Source: Protoeuglena noctilucae (taxonomy: Eukaryota). Taken from it: a DNA stretch of 64,000 nt. Below the pieces are notes generated by a model. That model worked only from the letters and a program-made list of their open reading frames with translations, was not told where the DNA came from and ran no database searches. The DNA is taken from positions 248,001-312,000 of the forward strand of contig OY253684.1 of NCBI GenBank assembly GCA_958009085.1. The letters run 5' to 3'. Within the stretch, counting starts at the first letter, position 1; every line of letters starts with the position of its first letter. A program made the position numbers and the translations under genes. Positions 25,086 through 38,655 of this stretch are shown piece after piece.

Positions 25086-26283
25086 CTAATTGAACCCCCT
25101 TGACTTGGGCCCCTTCACGCCCTTCCCGCTCGCCCGCACTTGGCTCTCCACCGACGCCTCGCGCCCTTCCCCGTCCGGCCCCACCTCCCCTCGCATGATC
25201 ACGCCCACCGCGTGCGGGTCGAGCGACTTGGCCGCCACTTCCCATGTCACCCCCGCAATCCCCGGCAAGTCGCTCACGGCGTCCAGTTGCGATGCTGTGG
25301 CCCCATCTAATCCCCCCAGCAGGCCCTGGGGAGGACGGTGTTGCGGACGCTGAGGCAGCGCAGAGCGCCCCGTCATATCATCGCCGGGCGGCGTCGGGCG
25401 CGCACCCACCTGCAGCGACGCCCCTCCGCACTGCCGCTGGATGATGACGAGCGGGGCATTGGGGCGCAGGGCCCGCAGGGCCTCGCGGCAACACTGGAGC
25501 GGATCCCTCATCGAGCTGAATGGCGCCAGAATTACGGCTCCATCTGCATAGCGAACGGGTACCTTTGCTAGGGGGGGGGGAGCTGGTGGGCACGAGGCTT
25601 AGCACCACACGCCGGCCACGTCGACGCCATGGCAGTCACACCTATGGACGCGTCAGGCGCGAATCGCAGGTCCTCGTAAGGTCGCTTGCGGACGGCCACG
25701 GGTGTCCGCGCTTGGAGGGCCGCTTGCTGCCAGAAGCTTTCGTCGGCCTTCGGGTCCACCAGCGTCGCCTGCAGGACGTCGCGCGGCAGATAGTAGAGGT
25801 CCTTGGTGCCACCGCCGATCATAAGGATCGTCTTGTTTCCCTTGGGAAGACAGTTGGCCAGCATCCTGCGCAGATGCAAGAGATTGGGGCTGCTCCAGCG
25901 ACCCTGTCCATCAGATAGATCAGATAGGGGCGATAGACGCGGATACCGCTCGCTCACCCTGCCCTCGCGAACTGAACTTGAGAGTAGGCCGCAAAGCGCC
26001 CCCCGGCGACCGCTCCCACCGCAACGAGCGCCGCTCCCAGGGCGATGAGGCTCGACGGGGCCTCTGCCAAGCCCGCGCCGGGCACCGCGGGGAAGCTGGT
26101 GTCCATCAGCGCGGCCCTAGTGCCGCATCCTCGACGCGTGTCACAGCAGGGGGAAGCCGCAGCGGAGCGACGGCGCAGCAGACGCGCGGCATGGGCGGGA
26201 GGTGACAGGCTCATCGAGCTGCGCGCCGCGGCGGGCGCATCATGACGCCCGCATGCGAGTGCTCTTGGCGACGCGCTGCTCAT
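25086..26283 (-). CDS. SAM-dependent methyltransferase-like protein, probably plastid-targeted, with one TM segment; multi-exon
   Basis: A/S/R-rich presequence, TM segment SLIALGAALVAVGAVAGG, then TILMIGGGTKDLYYLP (degenerate motif I), LRFAPDASID and EALRALRPNAPLVII. Confidence 0.65.
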
Positions 26284-26810
26284 GAACCCCATCAATGTGT
26301 GTCCCCTCCCAATCAAGAATCCGTTCTGAGTGACTCACAGAAGGCGCCCTCCGGCAGTCGACGGCTCGCACATGACACTCATCGTCTATTGAGCGCAACT
26401 CGTGGCCGCTGGCCGTCCTTCTCGCCTGGTCAGCCTGCACCAGCACCCGTGTCCGACGGGCCCCGTTCCCCGAGGCAAGCGCGGCTGCGGAGCTTCCGCG
26501 TGGCTCTGGGTATTGAGCCCATCTATCTGCAAATAGGAACTTCCCGGGTTGCAGCAAGGAGGGTTGTGCGCTTCCAAAAACGCCGGTCGCATGCCCCCAG
26601 GTTCCGACGGTCGGTGGAGGCCGCTCGCGTGGTAGCGCCGCTCATTTCAGCCTTCCTGCGCACGAGGTCTTACTACTCGCCTTCCTTCTCGCTTCTCAGG
26701 CTTTCACACGCACTGCCGCAGCCAGGCGAGGGCCCTAGGGTTCTGAGACTCCTGGCGGCCGGGCGTGCGCGGGCAAGGTCCCTCTCCGGCTGCAGTTCAG
26801 GCACGGTAAA

Positions 26811-29800
26811 ATGTGCAAGCTCAGCATCCTCTTTGCCTCGGCCCTCGCCGCGGGGACGTGCCTGGGGGGGGCATGCGGGTCTCTGGGTGAGCTCCGCGCC
26901 TGTGCATAAGCTCCCCCGGCGGCTAGAAACTCTTCCGCGGGCGTCTCTGTCGTAATACCCTGCTCCCTTGATCCCGCAGCGGCAGTGATCGGCATAGATG
27001 GGCTTCTGCCTGGCCATGGCGGGTCCCGGCACGTTCTGCAGCAGCTGCCCACGTTCGACGTCAAGGTGGCCGTCGCAGGCGATGCCGGGTCATCGGCGCG
27101 CAGCGGTTGAGAACGCGCAACGTTGCACGCATGGCCTCCGTCGCAGGGGAACGACGGCGACGTCCGCATCACGGAGTTCATGGCTGAGAACGACACGGCC
27201 CTGCAGGACGCAGAGAAGAAGAGTCCCGACTGGATCGAGCTGTTCAACGCCAGTGACACCGCAATCGTGAGGCTGGTTGCGCGCCCGCTGTTCTACAAGC
27301 AAGGCTGGCGCATGCCTGCCAAGCGCTGCACCGCTCGCTCCCGCAGGACATGTCGTCCTACACGCTGAGCAATGACGCGTCCAAGCCGGACCGATGGGCC
27401 TTCCCCGGGGGCACCCTCAAGCCCAAGAGCTACGCAGTCGTGTTTGGTGCGTGCTCTCACAGCACTTTCTGTGCTTCTTTCCCCCCTCCCGACTTTTTTT
27501 CTCATGAAGCAGCGGCGCCTCCCTTGCAGCGTCTGGGGAGAACAAGATTGGCCTGGGTGGCGAGCTCCACACCAGCTTCAAGCTCGACAAGGACGGGGGG
27601 GCGCTGATCCTGGCAAAGGTGGGCTCGGATTGTGCATGCACGCACTTAACTGGCGCGTTCCAGCTGCGCATGCCGGCCCCTGTCCATGGACCCCCGCACG
27701 CGCGCATCCCCAGGACAAGTCCGTGGTCGTCAGCATCGAGTACCCGCTGCAGGCCCCCGACGTGTCCGCGGGAGTGGCCGGTGATCAGTTCACGTACCTC
27801 GCCAAGCCCACCCCTGGGTCTGCGAACGCACCCGCGTCCCCGCCGCCGCCCATCTTCCACAAGGTCACCAAGACGACCAAGGATCCCGTCCCGGTGGGCC
27901 AGGACATTCCCGTGGAGGCGAGCCTGCAGCTGGTGACGAGCCCACTGAAGGTGGTGGCCGTCACGTACCGCTTTGACTACGGCCCCGAGACGGACCTCGC
28001 CATGAAGCGGAGCGTGAACGGCACGTACGTGGCCACCATCCCCACCGCGGGTGGCAAGGCCGGGGGCATGGTGCGGTGGTATTTCCGAGCGCTGGACGAC
28101 AGCAAAGAGGTGACCAGGGAACCATGTGCTTTTCTCTGCTCTGCATAGATAGGGAAGGGGTCTCTAGCACCACCGCAACACCCAGGCAGCTCTACACGCG
28201 CAGGTCGGCCGGTCCCCCCAGTTCCACAACCCTAACGGGCCGCAATACCACGGCACGGTCTTACAGGACCCCAGCGTCGACACCCAGCTGCCGGTGCTCC
28301 ACATGTTCACGGCACAGGCGAGTGTGCTGGATGTCCTGTGCGTGCTACGGAGGGTGCCCCTGTTCCTTACCCTTCTGACTGCGACGCCACCGCAGCCGGC
28401 CCAAGCCATCACCCGCGTCCCGGGCGCCCGGTGCTCCCTGTGGTTCAAGGGGGAGTTCTACGACAACGTCTACACGCGGAGGCGCGGCATCACGGCTGGT
28501 ACGTGGCCCAAGCACAAGATCAAGTTCGACTTCGACGGGGCTGTGTTCAAGTTCAAGGATCACGACCCCAGGCGAGGCGCGCGCGGCAGCCGGCCGGCAC
28601 GCAGGGCCAGTCCATGCCTTGGCCGACTGACCGCAGCGCTGCTTTCCTGCGCAGGGTGGAGGAGATCAACATGCAGTCCTTCTACCACGAGCCGGGCCAG
28701 AACTCGTACATGCGCGAGGTCATTGGTGCGACTGTCATGCGGGACAGCGGCGTGCCGACCTTTGACACCGAGTACATCCACGTGATGCGCAACGCCCAAT
28801 TCTACGGACTTTTCGCCTTCGACGAGGAGGTGACTGCGGGGTGCTGTGCCTGGCGCCATGTGCACCCCGAGGCCCCTCTGTCGTGACCTCCCCGTCTAGG
28901 GTTGGACCCGCTGCATGATGCCCAACGGCGTGTGCGCCTGCAGGTGGACGACCATTTCCTGGCCCAGTGGCATCTCCCCACGGGCAGCCAGGGCGGCATC
29001 CTGTTCAAGTCCTCCTTCGGGGACCTGGCGAACCTTCGTTGGGACATCGCCACCGACAACCTGGCCTACGTGTACAAGTGAGCCCGGGATCCGCTCCATG
29101 ACTGCCGTGAAGAACACATGCCAGCCACTTGATACCCTGTCCGGATCCCGCCCCAGGAAGTCCAACCGGAAGTGGTACAACGACTGGTCGGCTCTCAAGG
29201 CGTTCACGACCGGCATCAACGGGGGCGGACCAGGCACCCGCACCCACTACGTCCTCGACAACGTCGACTTGCCCGAGGTCATGAACATGGTGAGGAGCCT
29301 CGCCCTGGGGCAGGAGGGGACATCGCCAGGAACCCCGACGGCCCGGCCGCGATCGGTGCTGCGTGCGTGCAGATGGCGACCGAGACGCTCCTTCTAAACC
29401 AAGACCGCTGCGCCAAGAACTTCTACACCTACTACCATCCCCTCAAGGACCAGTGGCTCGTCCTGCCGTGGGACCTCGAGTCGAGCCTGGGCATGTCGGC
29501 AGGCGAGCCCTCACGAGCAAGTGCTGGGGGCGCTCACGACCTGCGCACCCTCTCTGTACAGTGAACAACCCGCCGACGCTCCGCTCACGCAGGCCTGGGA
29601 GGGGTGCCAGCCCCTGACTACTGCATTGAGGGTGAGTGCTGGCCGCAGCGGGTTCGTTGGATTGCGGTTTCGTGTGTGTGAAATGGATGGCCTAGGCGTT
29701 TGTTGTGCCGCGTGCGGCGTAGCCCCACCCCCCTCTAAACCCCCCCCGTGTGCGTGGATAACCACCACACCACACCGCCCATCTCTGCTTCCCCCCCAGT

Positions 29801-31222
29801 ATGCGAGCAGTGGACCAGTCCCCTCTACTGTGACTCGGACCACCCCCAAGACATCCCCCTCAACGGCGCCAACAGCGTCACCGTCAACGCCGTGGTCAAT
29901 GCGTCGATGAACCCAGGTCAGCCGGGGAGTTGCCTCGGCTCTGGTTGCAGCGCAAGAGACAGGCGGGGAGCGTACCGGTGCCCCTGTTTCCTCCCCCTGC
30001 AGGTTATGATGGCGTCACCACGCCGGACGTCAAGGGCTTCTCGAGCAACCGTAGGAGCCTGGCTGCGGTGGAGTCGAGCGCGACCAGCACCAACCGCCAC
30101 AGCGCCGAGCGGTCGGCGATCCTGAGGCAGCACGGCTACATGACGGCCAACGGGGTCGACCTGGGCAGCATCGAGGACCCCGACGTGAACCTCACGAAGC
30201 ACGCGAGCGTGGTGGGCCCGGACGGGTCGTACAACTGCCTCTACGACGCCATCCTCGACATCCCAGAGACGCGAGAGATGTACTTGCGGCGGCTGCGGAC
30301 GCTGGTGGACGAGTGGCTCGACGGCAAGCTGGCCCAGCTCATCAAGTACTACTATAACAAGATACGCGCGGACGCCATGCAGGACAACGCAGTGTGGGGC
30401 ATCGGCAACATCGACAGCGGGTACCAGCAGCTGGTCGACACGTGGATCCCCCTCAGGCGAGGCCCCAGCGCCGCGCGGCGTGCAGTGTGTTGGGCTGAGA
30501 GCCATGGGTCATGATCAGCCTGGGAACTCTGCGTCCTGCGCGCTTGGGCCAGCGTCACAAGGCACAGTGCCTGCTTGCAGGAAACAGCAGCTGACGGTCC
30601 AGTACGCCGTGGGCGGGCCCTACAACCTTGTCCCCAACTCCCAGCCGCCCTCCAACACCCTCAACATCACAATCGGCGTTGTCGGCGATGCGCCCGGCAT
30701 GGAGCAGGTGCCTCGTGATCAGCACGCGCCCCAGCCGTCAGCTGAGGCATGTCTATCGCCGTAGTGTCGTGCAGCAAAGAGCTGCCAGGCGTGGTAACTG
30801 CGGCCCGCACCTCCCACCCCGATGCAGTACTTTGAGCTCTGCAACCCCAACAGCTTCGCGGTCGACGTCACCGGGTGGTCGGTCCAGGGATCCGTGACCT
30901 GGCCCGCCAACCCAGGCGCCGTCATCCCGTCTTCCCGATGCGTCTACGTCGCCCGCCATATCCCCGCCTTTAAGGCCCGGCAGAGCAGCCCCAAGGTGCG
31001 TGCCACGGCAAGGGACGGGTCAGGGCCGCCCGCCTCCCCTTGGCCGACTCAGGCCTCTCTGCCTGCTCGCAGGGAGGAGAGGGCCTGGTGATCATTGGCC
31101 CTTTCAATGGGGAGCTCGACCAAGGCAACTGGACGCTCGTGCTGAGGGACGAGCACCAGCGCACGGTGCACCAGAAGTCTGTGGGCGACAGTGCTACTCC
31201 TGGTGTGTCGCGGACGGGATGA
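26811..31222 (+). CDS. Secreted CotH-family atypical protein kinase with N- and C-terminal lamin-tail domains; many exons
   Basis: Signal peptide MCKLSILFASALAAGTCLG. LTD: VRITEFMAENDTALQD...PDWIELFN...YTLSND...WAFP...LHTSFKLDKDGG...PTPGSAN. CotH motifs: RRRG...WPKHKIKFDF, SYMRE, NAQFYGLFAFDEEVD, NQDRCAKNFY, PWDLE. C-terminal LTD: YFELCNPNSFAVDVTGWSVQG. Confidence 0.88.
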
Positions 31223-31464
31223 GATGGAAATGGCGGCGTTTGGATGCGGCGGCTCTGAAACGGATGTTGCCAGAATAGGGCAACGAGAGTTGAACGGTCA
31301 CCTGTCAGGCATTCAAAGAAATTCAGCGCGGATTCGAAGCACTGTGCGTAACTGCACGCGTGAACGGTCGGACAATAGTCAATCCATTTGGCATCGGGAC
31401 CACTGGTTGAGCTCACGATCCTCGTTGCGACACGTGCGTGCACCTGGGCTCACCGACGCTACCG

Positions 31465-33125
31465 ATGCCCGCCCGTGTCACCCGGTTCGGCATCGCGATC
31501 CCCGGCCCGGGTGCCGCGGCCGCTCTGTGCTTGGAATACGTTGAGAATGGGAAAGAACGCGTTCGTGTGGTGAGCTCACTCACCACGGGGCGCTGCAAGA
31601 CCTCCTCCGGCTGCGGTTTGCAAGTGAAAGGGACCAACGGACGCGCAATCCTCCCTTTTCAGGTCAAACTATCCGTAAAGGACATCGGGCTGGAGACGGG
31701 CGCACTCGTGGAGCCTGTGAGCAACCGCGCCCGTGGAGCCGCTTGCAGATTTCAATGTCGTGCGCTTTCATGGCTGTTTTATGTGTGATTGTCGATGGCG
31801 GGCCCTGCGGCCCCTTCCGCGCCTCGCGGCGGGCGACTGTGAGCGCAGCGTGCATTTAAAGTTTGCGCTGCGCTGATGCGCCCGCGCTCCTCCGCCGCAG
31901 ACCCTCCGAGCGCTTCCTTCGTCCGTCGACCTGAGCAGCATCAGCCAATCCCAGGTATCCGCCCTCCTCGCCCGTCTGGCTGCCCTCCACGAGGATGGGA
32001 CTGCCGTGCCGGAGGCCAGCGCGCCTCCGCCGGTGGACGACGAGGTCCTCAGCCTATCTGGAGACCGGCTGGGAGAAGTGGATGACGCGGAGGTCGACGC
32101 CTACGTCATCCAGGCGAGCAGGGGACCTTGTCGTGCGTGGTGACGACCATGCCCAACCTGCCCTGTCTTGAGACGCTCGAGCCTGCATGTTCAGGGAGAC
32201 CGCGACCTGAACAAGGTGACGGACCATGAGCTCGCCGTGGCCAAGGCCAAGATGGACGCCGAGTTCCTCCGGAAGCGCGTCACGCCGGGGGACACGGGCT
32301 TCGTGTACGACAGGCGTGTGGACTTCGAGCCCGTCGCATCCGATGCGGGGTCCTGGGAGTCCTCATTCGATGGCGAGCCGCGGGGACGGGGGACGGCAAC
32401 GGCACCAAGGGAGGGTGGCAAGGCAGAGGGCGTGGCTGCAGCGGGGGGTGTCGGCAGCCAGTCGGGGGGAGCGAGATCGCCGGCCGGCGCTGTCGGAGTG
32501 GTGCCGGAGAGCAGGGGTGGCCCTGAGCGCGAGGGCCCCGCGTCTGTCCCAGTGCCGCGCCCCCTGCCCGCGGTCCCTGCGACTGCGAGCGCCGCGGGGG
32601 CGGTGGGGGACGAGAGCTTTGAGCTGGACGAGTCCGTGGAGGAGGCGAGCATGTCAGCCGAGAGCACGGGACGAAGGGCAGCCGCTGCGCCGGGTGCGGG
32701 GGCCCCGGGGGTGCCCGCCGGGGGCGCCAGGGAGGCGGGCATGACGGCCGCGGACTTTGGGATCGAGGATGACATGGCAATCCGCGGGGGCGACAGCCTG
32801 GACGACCTGGACGACTACGACGAGGACTTTGACGGGGGCGAGGGCGACCGGATCGGGGTGGAGATGCTGCCTGGGAACGACTTCGGGGTGGACGAGCTGG
32901 ACGAGCTGCCGGATCTGCCAGGCACGTGGAGCAAGCTGCGAGTCCCGCATGCTGCCCTCGATGCATCCACGGGCGCTGCGCCCGCCCTCCCTCCGCATCA
33001 GCCGCCGCAAGGCTGTCTCACGAGCGACCTCTCCGCCTCCCCGTCCTGCTGCAGATGAGTACGAGGAGCGCTTGGACAGCGACATCGGCATGTCGTCGCT
33101 GGAGAGGTGGGAGCGAAACATCTGA
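31465..33125 (+). CDS. CEP19: Centrosomal/basal-body protein CEP19 homologue with acidic tail; multi-exon
   Basis: N-terminus RFGIAIPG...ALCLEYVENGKERVR; the C-terminal block DLNKVTDHELAVAKAKMDAEFLRKRVTPGDTGFVYDRRVDF matches the CEP19 signature (DLNKL...MD..F......D..FVYD). Confidence 0.75.
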
Positions 33126-33294
33126 CGAGCACTTGCCCAACAGTTTTCTGATGTCATGCAATGATCATGGCGCGTGTCGACATTGCCAGCTGCACACCCC
33201 GCACTGTGGGGCAGAGAGGGGGCGGCTTTCGGCCTTGTCATCGCATCCCAGCTCGCGCTTGCGCGCTGGGCCCTGCTGCGCCTGCCTCTAGCGC

Positions 33295-33349
33295 GTCGTG
33301 GAATAGGATACGGCTCCCAGTGTCGTGGAATAGGATACGGCTCCCAGTG
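33295..33349. repeat. Perfect 27-bp tandem duplication upstream of RAD16
   Basis: gtcgtggaataggatacggctcccagt occurs at 33295-33321 and again at 33322-33348. Confidence 0.95.
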
Positions 33350-33428
33350 GACGGCGTTCTCTTCAAGTAACCCTGATGCCCGTCTTGGGGCCCGTCGCGG
33401 GTCTGTGAGCGCGTAATTGGGAGCCAAG

Positions 33429-36400
33429 ATGCCCCCGCGGCGGAGCAAGGCCGCCAAGCCTGCAAGTCAGGATCGGCCCGCGGATTCCGATTCCGATGAT
33501 ATCGTTATCGTCGCCGGGCATGAGGGTGTGCCGTCGCCACTCGCCGGCACGCCATCCCCGACGCGGGTGCGAGGGGCGGGCGTGTCGCGCGCCGCGCACC
33601 GCGTAGCATCCGCCAATTTGCGTGCCAAGGAGATACTGGCGAAACGACAAAGACTTGGCGAATACACACCCGGTGCAGCGACGACCGACGGCGACGCGGC
33701 AGGGGGTGAGGCTGCGGGTGGCAGGCAGAAAAACCTGTCGGGTTGCCCCGCGCGTCGTTCGATTGAGTCTATTGACTCGCCGTTTCCTTCTCTTCATCTC
33801 AGCCACCTCTGGGCGCAAGCGGTCGAGGAAGTCGACGACCACGGGCGAAGGGACGGCCAAGAAGCCGAAGCGCGAGTCGAGGGCCCCTGATGACGACCCA
33901 TACGACCTGCCCAGGCGAGCAAGGCGCTGGAGCGTAGGCGCCTAGAGTCTCGAGCGTCTCAGTCGTTTCACTCCCTCGGTGCTTCCCCTGTGCTGCAGCG
34001 ACGAGGAGGCGATTGACCAGGAGATGCTGGTGCGGAGGGAGGTGCGTCACTGCCTGGACCCAAGCAGCGACATCCTCATGCCGCTCCTGGACTACCAGCG
34101 TCAGTTCCTGTGGTGGGCGGTGACACAGGAGAAGGGGGACATGCGGGGCGGCATCCTTGCAGACGAGGTGAGTGCTTTTGGTGTTGGGGAAGGGGGGCTG
34201 CCGAGCAGCTGCGAGTGGTGCATACCCATGTACACTTGCCTCGCTCGCAGATGGGCATGGGCAAGACCATCCAAGCCCTCTCCGTCATCTGCACGCACAG
34301 GTGACGTCCTGGCGCCACCGTCCGCGTCTCACATGGGCCATGCCTGTCGTCAAGTGACTGATGGCCGCATTGGTTTGCACCGGTGCCGCAGGTTTGATGA
34401 CCAGTTCCAGGAGCTGACGCCCGAGGGTCTGCGCGAGAGTGGCGTGGATTGGGACCCCGCGCCTTTCTCGCTCCTCAAGCGCGGGGGCAAGGCCGAGGGC
34501 GGGGAGGGGACGGAGGCAGGGGCGTCCGGGGTGGGCTCGCAGCCAGCCACGACATCCGCGGGTGATGGTGCGGTGAAGGAGGAGGGCGAGGAGAAGGCGG
34601 CGGGCAAGGCAAGGAGGGGTGGGAAGAAGAAGCCAGTCAAGGAGCCCCCGGTGACGACGTGGGAGGTGGAGCGCCCGCGGGTGGAGGACGACGGGTGCAA
34701 CGGGGAGCCATGCTGCAAGGCGACGCTCGGTGAGGGGCGGGACGGGGCGGGGGTCCCAGTTGGCGGTGGTTGAAGCCGGCACTTGCTTTTTCCTTAGCTG
34801 GCTGGTCAACAGCATAGAACGAGGCGGTTTCTGCCGTGTGACCCATCGCCCGTCCCCGCCCTCAGTGGTGTGCCCCGTGGTGGCAGTGGTGCAGTGGCGT
34901 CAGGAGATCTCCCGCTTCGTGCGGCCCGGGGCGCTGCGGGTGGTGGTCTACCACGGCCCCAAGCGCGGGGGCACGCAGCAGGAGGAGCTCGAGGCGGCGG
35001 ACGTGGTCATCACAACGTACAGGTGGGCCATGGCATGCGCACGGGGGAGCTGCCGTCATGCCTCCCCCTCAGGCCCGCCATGGTCACTTGGACGGGACTC
35101 GTTAGTAGCCCCGCTGCCTCCCTCGTGCCCGCAGCGTGCTGGAGCAGGACTACCGCCGCTTCTGCATGCCCAGTAAGGTCGTGTGCCCCTACTGCAGCCG
35201 CAAGTACTACCCCGACCGCATCAAGGTGCACCTGCAGTTCTTCTGCGGGCCCAACGCCCACAAGACGGGTGAGGGCCTGTTTGCTTGAGTCGGTGATGTG
35301 TGGTGTCGTGTCACCATCATGTGCACCGTCTTGCTGGTGGGGTTTGGGATGGGCAGCCTCCCCTTGTCACCCCTGCTGCAGAGGCCCAGGCTAAGGCGAA
35401 GAAGAAGGGCGGGCTGATAGCGATGAAGGCGCGGGCCATGAAGCAGAGGGCGGCTGCGGAGGAGAAGGATAAGGGGGAGGGTGGGTGCGACAAGGGAGAG
35501 GAGAAGAAGGCGGGCAAGACGGGGAAGGGGGCGAAGAAGGCCAAGGGTGAGGAGAGTGGGGGCAGGGGCGCAGTGAAGGACGAGGCGGAGGTGGGGACCA
35601 GCAAGGGGGGCGGGAGGGGCAAGGGGGGGCGCAAGGGCTCAAGCGCCGTGAACAGCGACGGGGAGGACGAAGCGAAGGGCCCGTCTCGCCGATCGTCTAC
35701 AAGCAAGCCGCGCGCCAAGGCGGGGCGCGGTGGGCGCGGGGGCGGCCGTGGGCGTGGGCGCGGGCGCAGGGCTGCGTCGGGAAGCGATGACAGCGACGAG
35801 GACTTCGAGGGTGGCAGCGACAGCGGGGACAGTGAGTCGGACTGGGGCAGCGTGGAGGAGGAGGAGGGCGTCGGGCGGGGTGGCGCAAAGCGGGCGGGGA
35901 GGGTTGACGAGGGGAGCGATGTGGAGGTGGTGGGAGGTGAGGGACACGCACGGCTGTCTGCGTGCGCGTGCGCCATGGTTGGTGTCACCAGGCATGCGAC
36001 AGCGTTCTGGACATGCTGCGTCGTCCTGTGACGTGCGCAGGGTCAGGTGGAGGGGCCGAGGGTGAGGACTACGACCCATCGAAGGACCCGGTGGTGCAGT
36101 CGCTGATCCAAAAGGCAGAGAGCGCGTCGACGGGGGAGGGCAGCGTGCTGCACTCGATCCGCTGGCGCAGGTGCGGCGCGTGACGCAGCCTGCACGCAGC
36201 TGCCCTGGCCTCGCTCTTTGTGTCGCGTCAATAAACCTGATAGTGCCTGTCCCTCGCAGGGTGGTGCTGGACGAGGCGCACTGCATCAAGGACCGCAAGA
36301 CCAACACGGCGCAGGCGGTGTTCCTGCTGCACTGCCAGTACCGGTGGGCTCTGTCGGGCACCCCCCTGCAGAACCGCGTCAACGAGCTCTTCTCCCAGGT

Positions 36401-38358
36401 CCGCTTCATGCGCATCAACCCCTTCAGTTACTTCTTTTGCAAGAAGTGCCCCTGCAAGTGCCTCGACTACCCCTTTCGCGCCGACTGGGCCAAGTGCGAG
36501 CACTGCGGCCACGGGCCCATGCAGCACTTCTGCTGGTGGAACCGCATGGTGGCCAACCCCATCATCTACCAGGGGTACCAGGGGCGGGGGCGCCTGGCGC
36601 TGCTGCGGCTGCGAAGGGAGGTCCTCGACCGAACCCTGCTCAGGTGACGAACCCGGTTGGCTGCCCGGCCTGTGACCATGCCGGTCGCGCGTTTGGTGGT
36701 TGAATGGCGGACCCCTTGCAGTGTCGGGGGCGTCGCTTGATAGTAGCCGACGGTGGGGGTTGACTGTTCACACGTGCCATGGTCCTGCTCCCCGCCCTCG
36801 CAGGCGCACCAAGGTACAGTGCGCGGACGAGCTGTCTCTCCCGCCCCGCACCGTGACCCTCCGCCGCGAGCGCCTGGACGAGACGGAGCAGGACTTCTAC
36901 GAGGCGCTGTACACGCAGTCCAAGGCCCAGTTCAGCGCCTTTGTCGGCGAGGGCACGCTGCTCAACAACTACGCCCACATCTTCGACCTGCTCATCCGCC
37001 TCCGCCAGGCCGTCTGCCACCCGTACCTGGTCATCCACTCCAACACCCAGGTGGGGGGGCATGGCACTGGTGGGGCCATTATGAGATGCGATGCATGCTT
37101 GATGCGACGGCTCACCATGGCTGTGCTATCGCAGGCCCCCGTGGATGTGAGCATGGACGACACGGCGCCCTCTACGCCCTCCACGGTGCCCGCCAATGGG
37201 CTCTCCGAGGACCTGTGCGCCATTTGCCACGAGGCCCTCGAGGACCCCGTGCCTGCCGAGGTGAGCGTCAGATGGGGAGATTTGAACATCAGGAGTGAGA
37301 GGAGAGACGCGGGCCTTGATGCGTAATTTGTGATGTGCCGAAGGACATCGCTTCCACTACGCATCTTCCGCAGTGCGGCCATGCCTTCTGCCGTCTGTGT
37401 GTCATCGAGTACATCGAGTCCATCGACCAGAGGGCCACGTGCCCCAAGCTCGGGTGCGGGCGGCCCCTCACGGTGGACCTGCAGGACGCCGGCGAAGGGA
37501 CCCCGCAGACGCCGGCAGCCACGCCCGCCACCCCCAAGTCCCTGCCCCGCAGGGCGCGCGCGGGCATCATGGCGCGCGTCGACAAGTCCGCCTTCCGCAC
37601 CAGCACCAAGATCGAGGTGAGCATGCCAGATCGCGGCGCCTGCTATCTGATTACCCGGCGATCCCTGGTCGCCGGCCATATCGCATGGCACGTTTCCACT
37701 CGTATTTGCAATTTCGGCCCTCGCAGGCCCTTCGGGAGGAGATCGACGCCATGGTATCTGCGGACCCCACGGCCAAGTGCCTGGTGTTCAGCCAGTTCAC
37801 CAGCTTTCTCGACATCATCGAGCACCGTCTCGTGTCGACGGGCATCCGCGTGGTGCGCCTCACGGGCAGCATGACCTTGCCGCAGAGGGACCAGGTCATC
37901 AGCGCCTTTACCTCGGACCCCTCCGTCACCTGCTTCCTTATGTCCCTCAAGGCGGGCGGCGTGGCGCTGAACCTCACGGCCGCGTCCCACGTCTTCCTCA
38001 TGGACCCCTGGTGGAACCCGGCCGTGGAGCAGCAGGCGCAGGTGAGCTGGGAAGATTGCTATTGGTACGGGCGATTGCAGTGACAGGCCCGGCAGCACTG
38101 TCACACGGTCGTCGCCAGCCCACGCCGGTCGTTGACGGCACGTGCCAATGCCATGTGTCCCCTGCGCAGGACCGCATCCACCGCCTGGGCCAGTACAAGC
38201 CCATCTCGGTCACGCGCATTGTCATCGCCGGCACGATTGAGGAGCGCATCCTAAAGCTGCAGGAGAAGAAGCAGCTGGTGTTCGAGGGCACCATCGGCCA
38301 GGACCATGCGGCCCTGGGGAAGCTCACGCCCGAAGACCTCGCATTCCTGTTCCACTGA
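33429..38358 (+). CDS. RAD16: RAD16-like SNF2-family ATPase with RING finger (nucleotide excision repair); multi-exon
   Basis: LLDYQRQFLWW, GGILADE|MGMGKTIQ, VVCPVVAVVQW, VVLDEAHCIKDR, WALSGTPLQNRV, LLNNYAHIFDLLIRLRQAVCHP, RING CAICH...CGHAFCRLC...CPKLGC, STKIE, VFSQFTSFLD, LMSLKAGGVALNLTAAS and QAQ|DRIHRLGQ. Confidence 0.95.
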
Positions 38359-38655
38359 CAGCGCCGCTGTGTTGCATGTCGCCTCCACTTGCGCGCTCTC
38401 GCATCTACTCCCGGCAGCACCGGGTGGTGCTGTACCTCTTTCACACGCTTACGCCGCTGCTGTACTTGACACAAACTGCAGTGCCTGGTTCAAGTCTAAC
38501 GGCGGGCGAAAACGTTGGCGGCCTCGCAAAACATGACGGCGGCCGTATCTCTTATCCGATAGCCCAATGCGAGGGTTCTCTAGCGTGCGACATGGTTGGG
38601 GCCCTAGGTATGGCAGGGCTGGCTTGGTGCGAGTGCACAGCAGCCCGCATGCCCC

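Noticed and set aside
33295..33349. Direct repeat considered as a CRISPR array
   Set aside because: Only two adjacent copies, no spacer, no cas genes, and a eukaryotic context.
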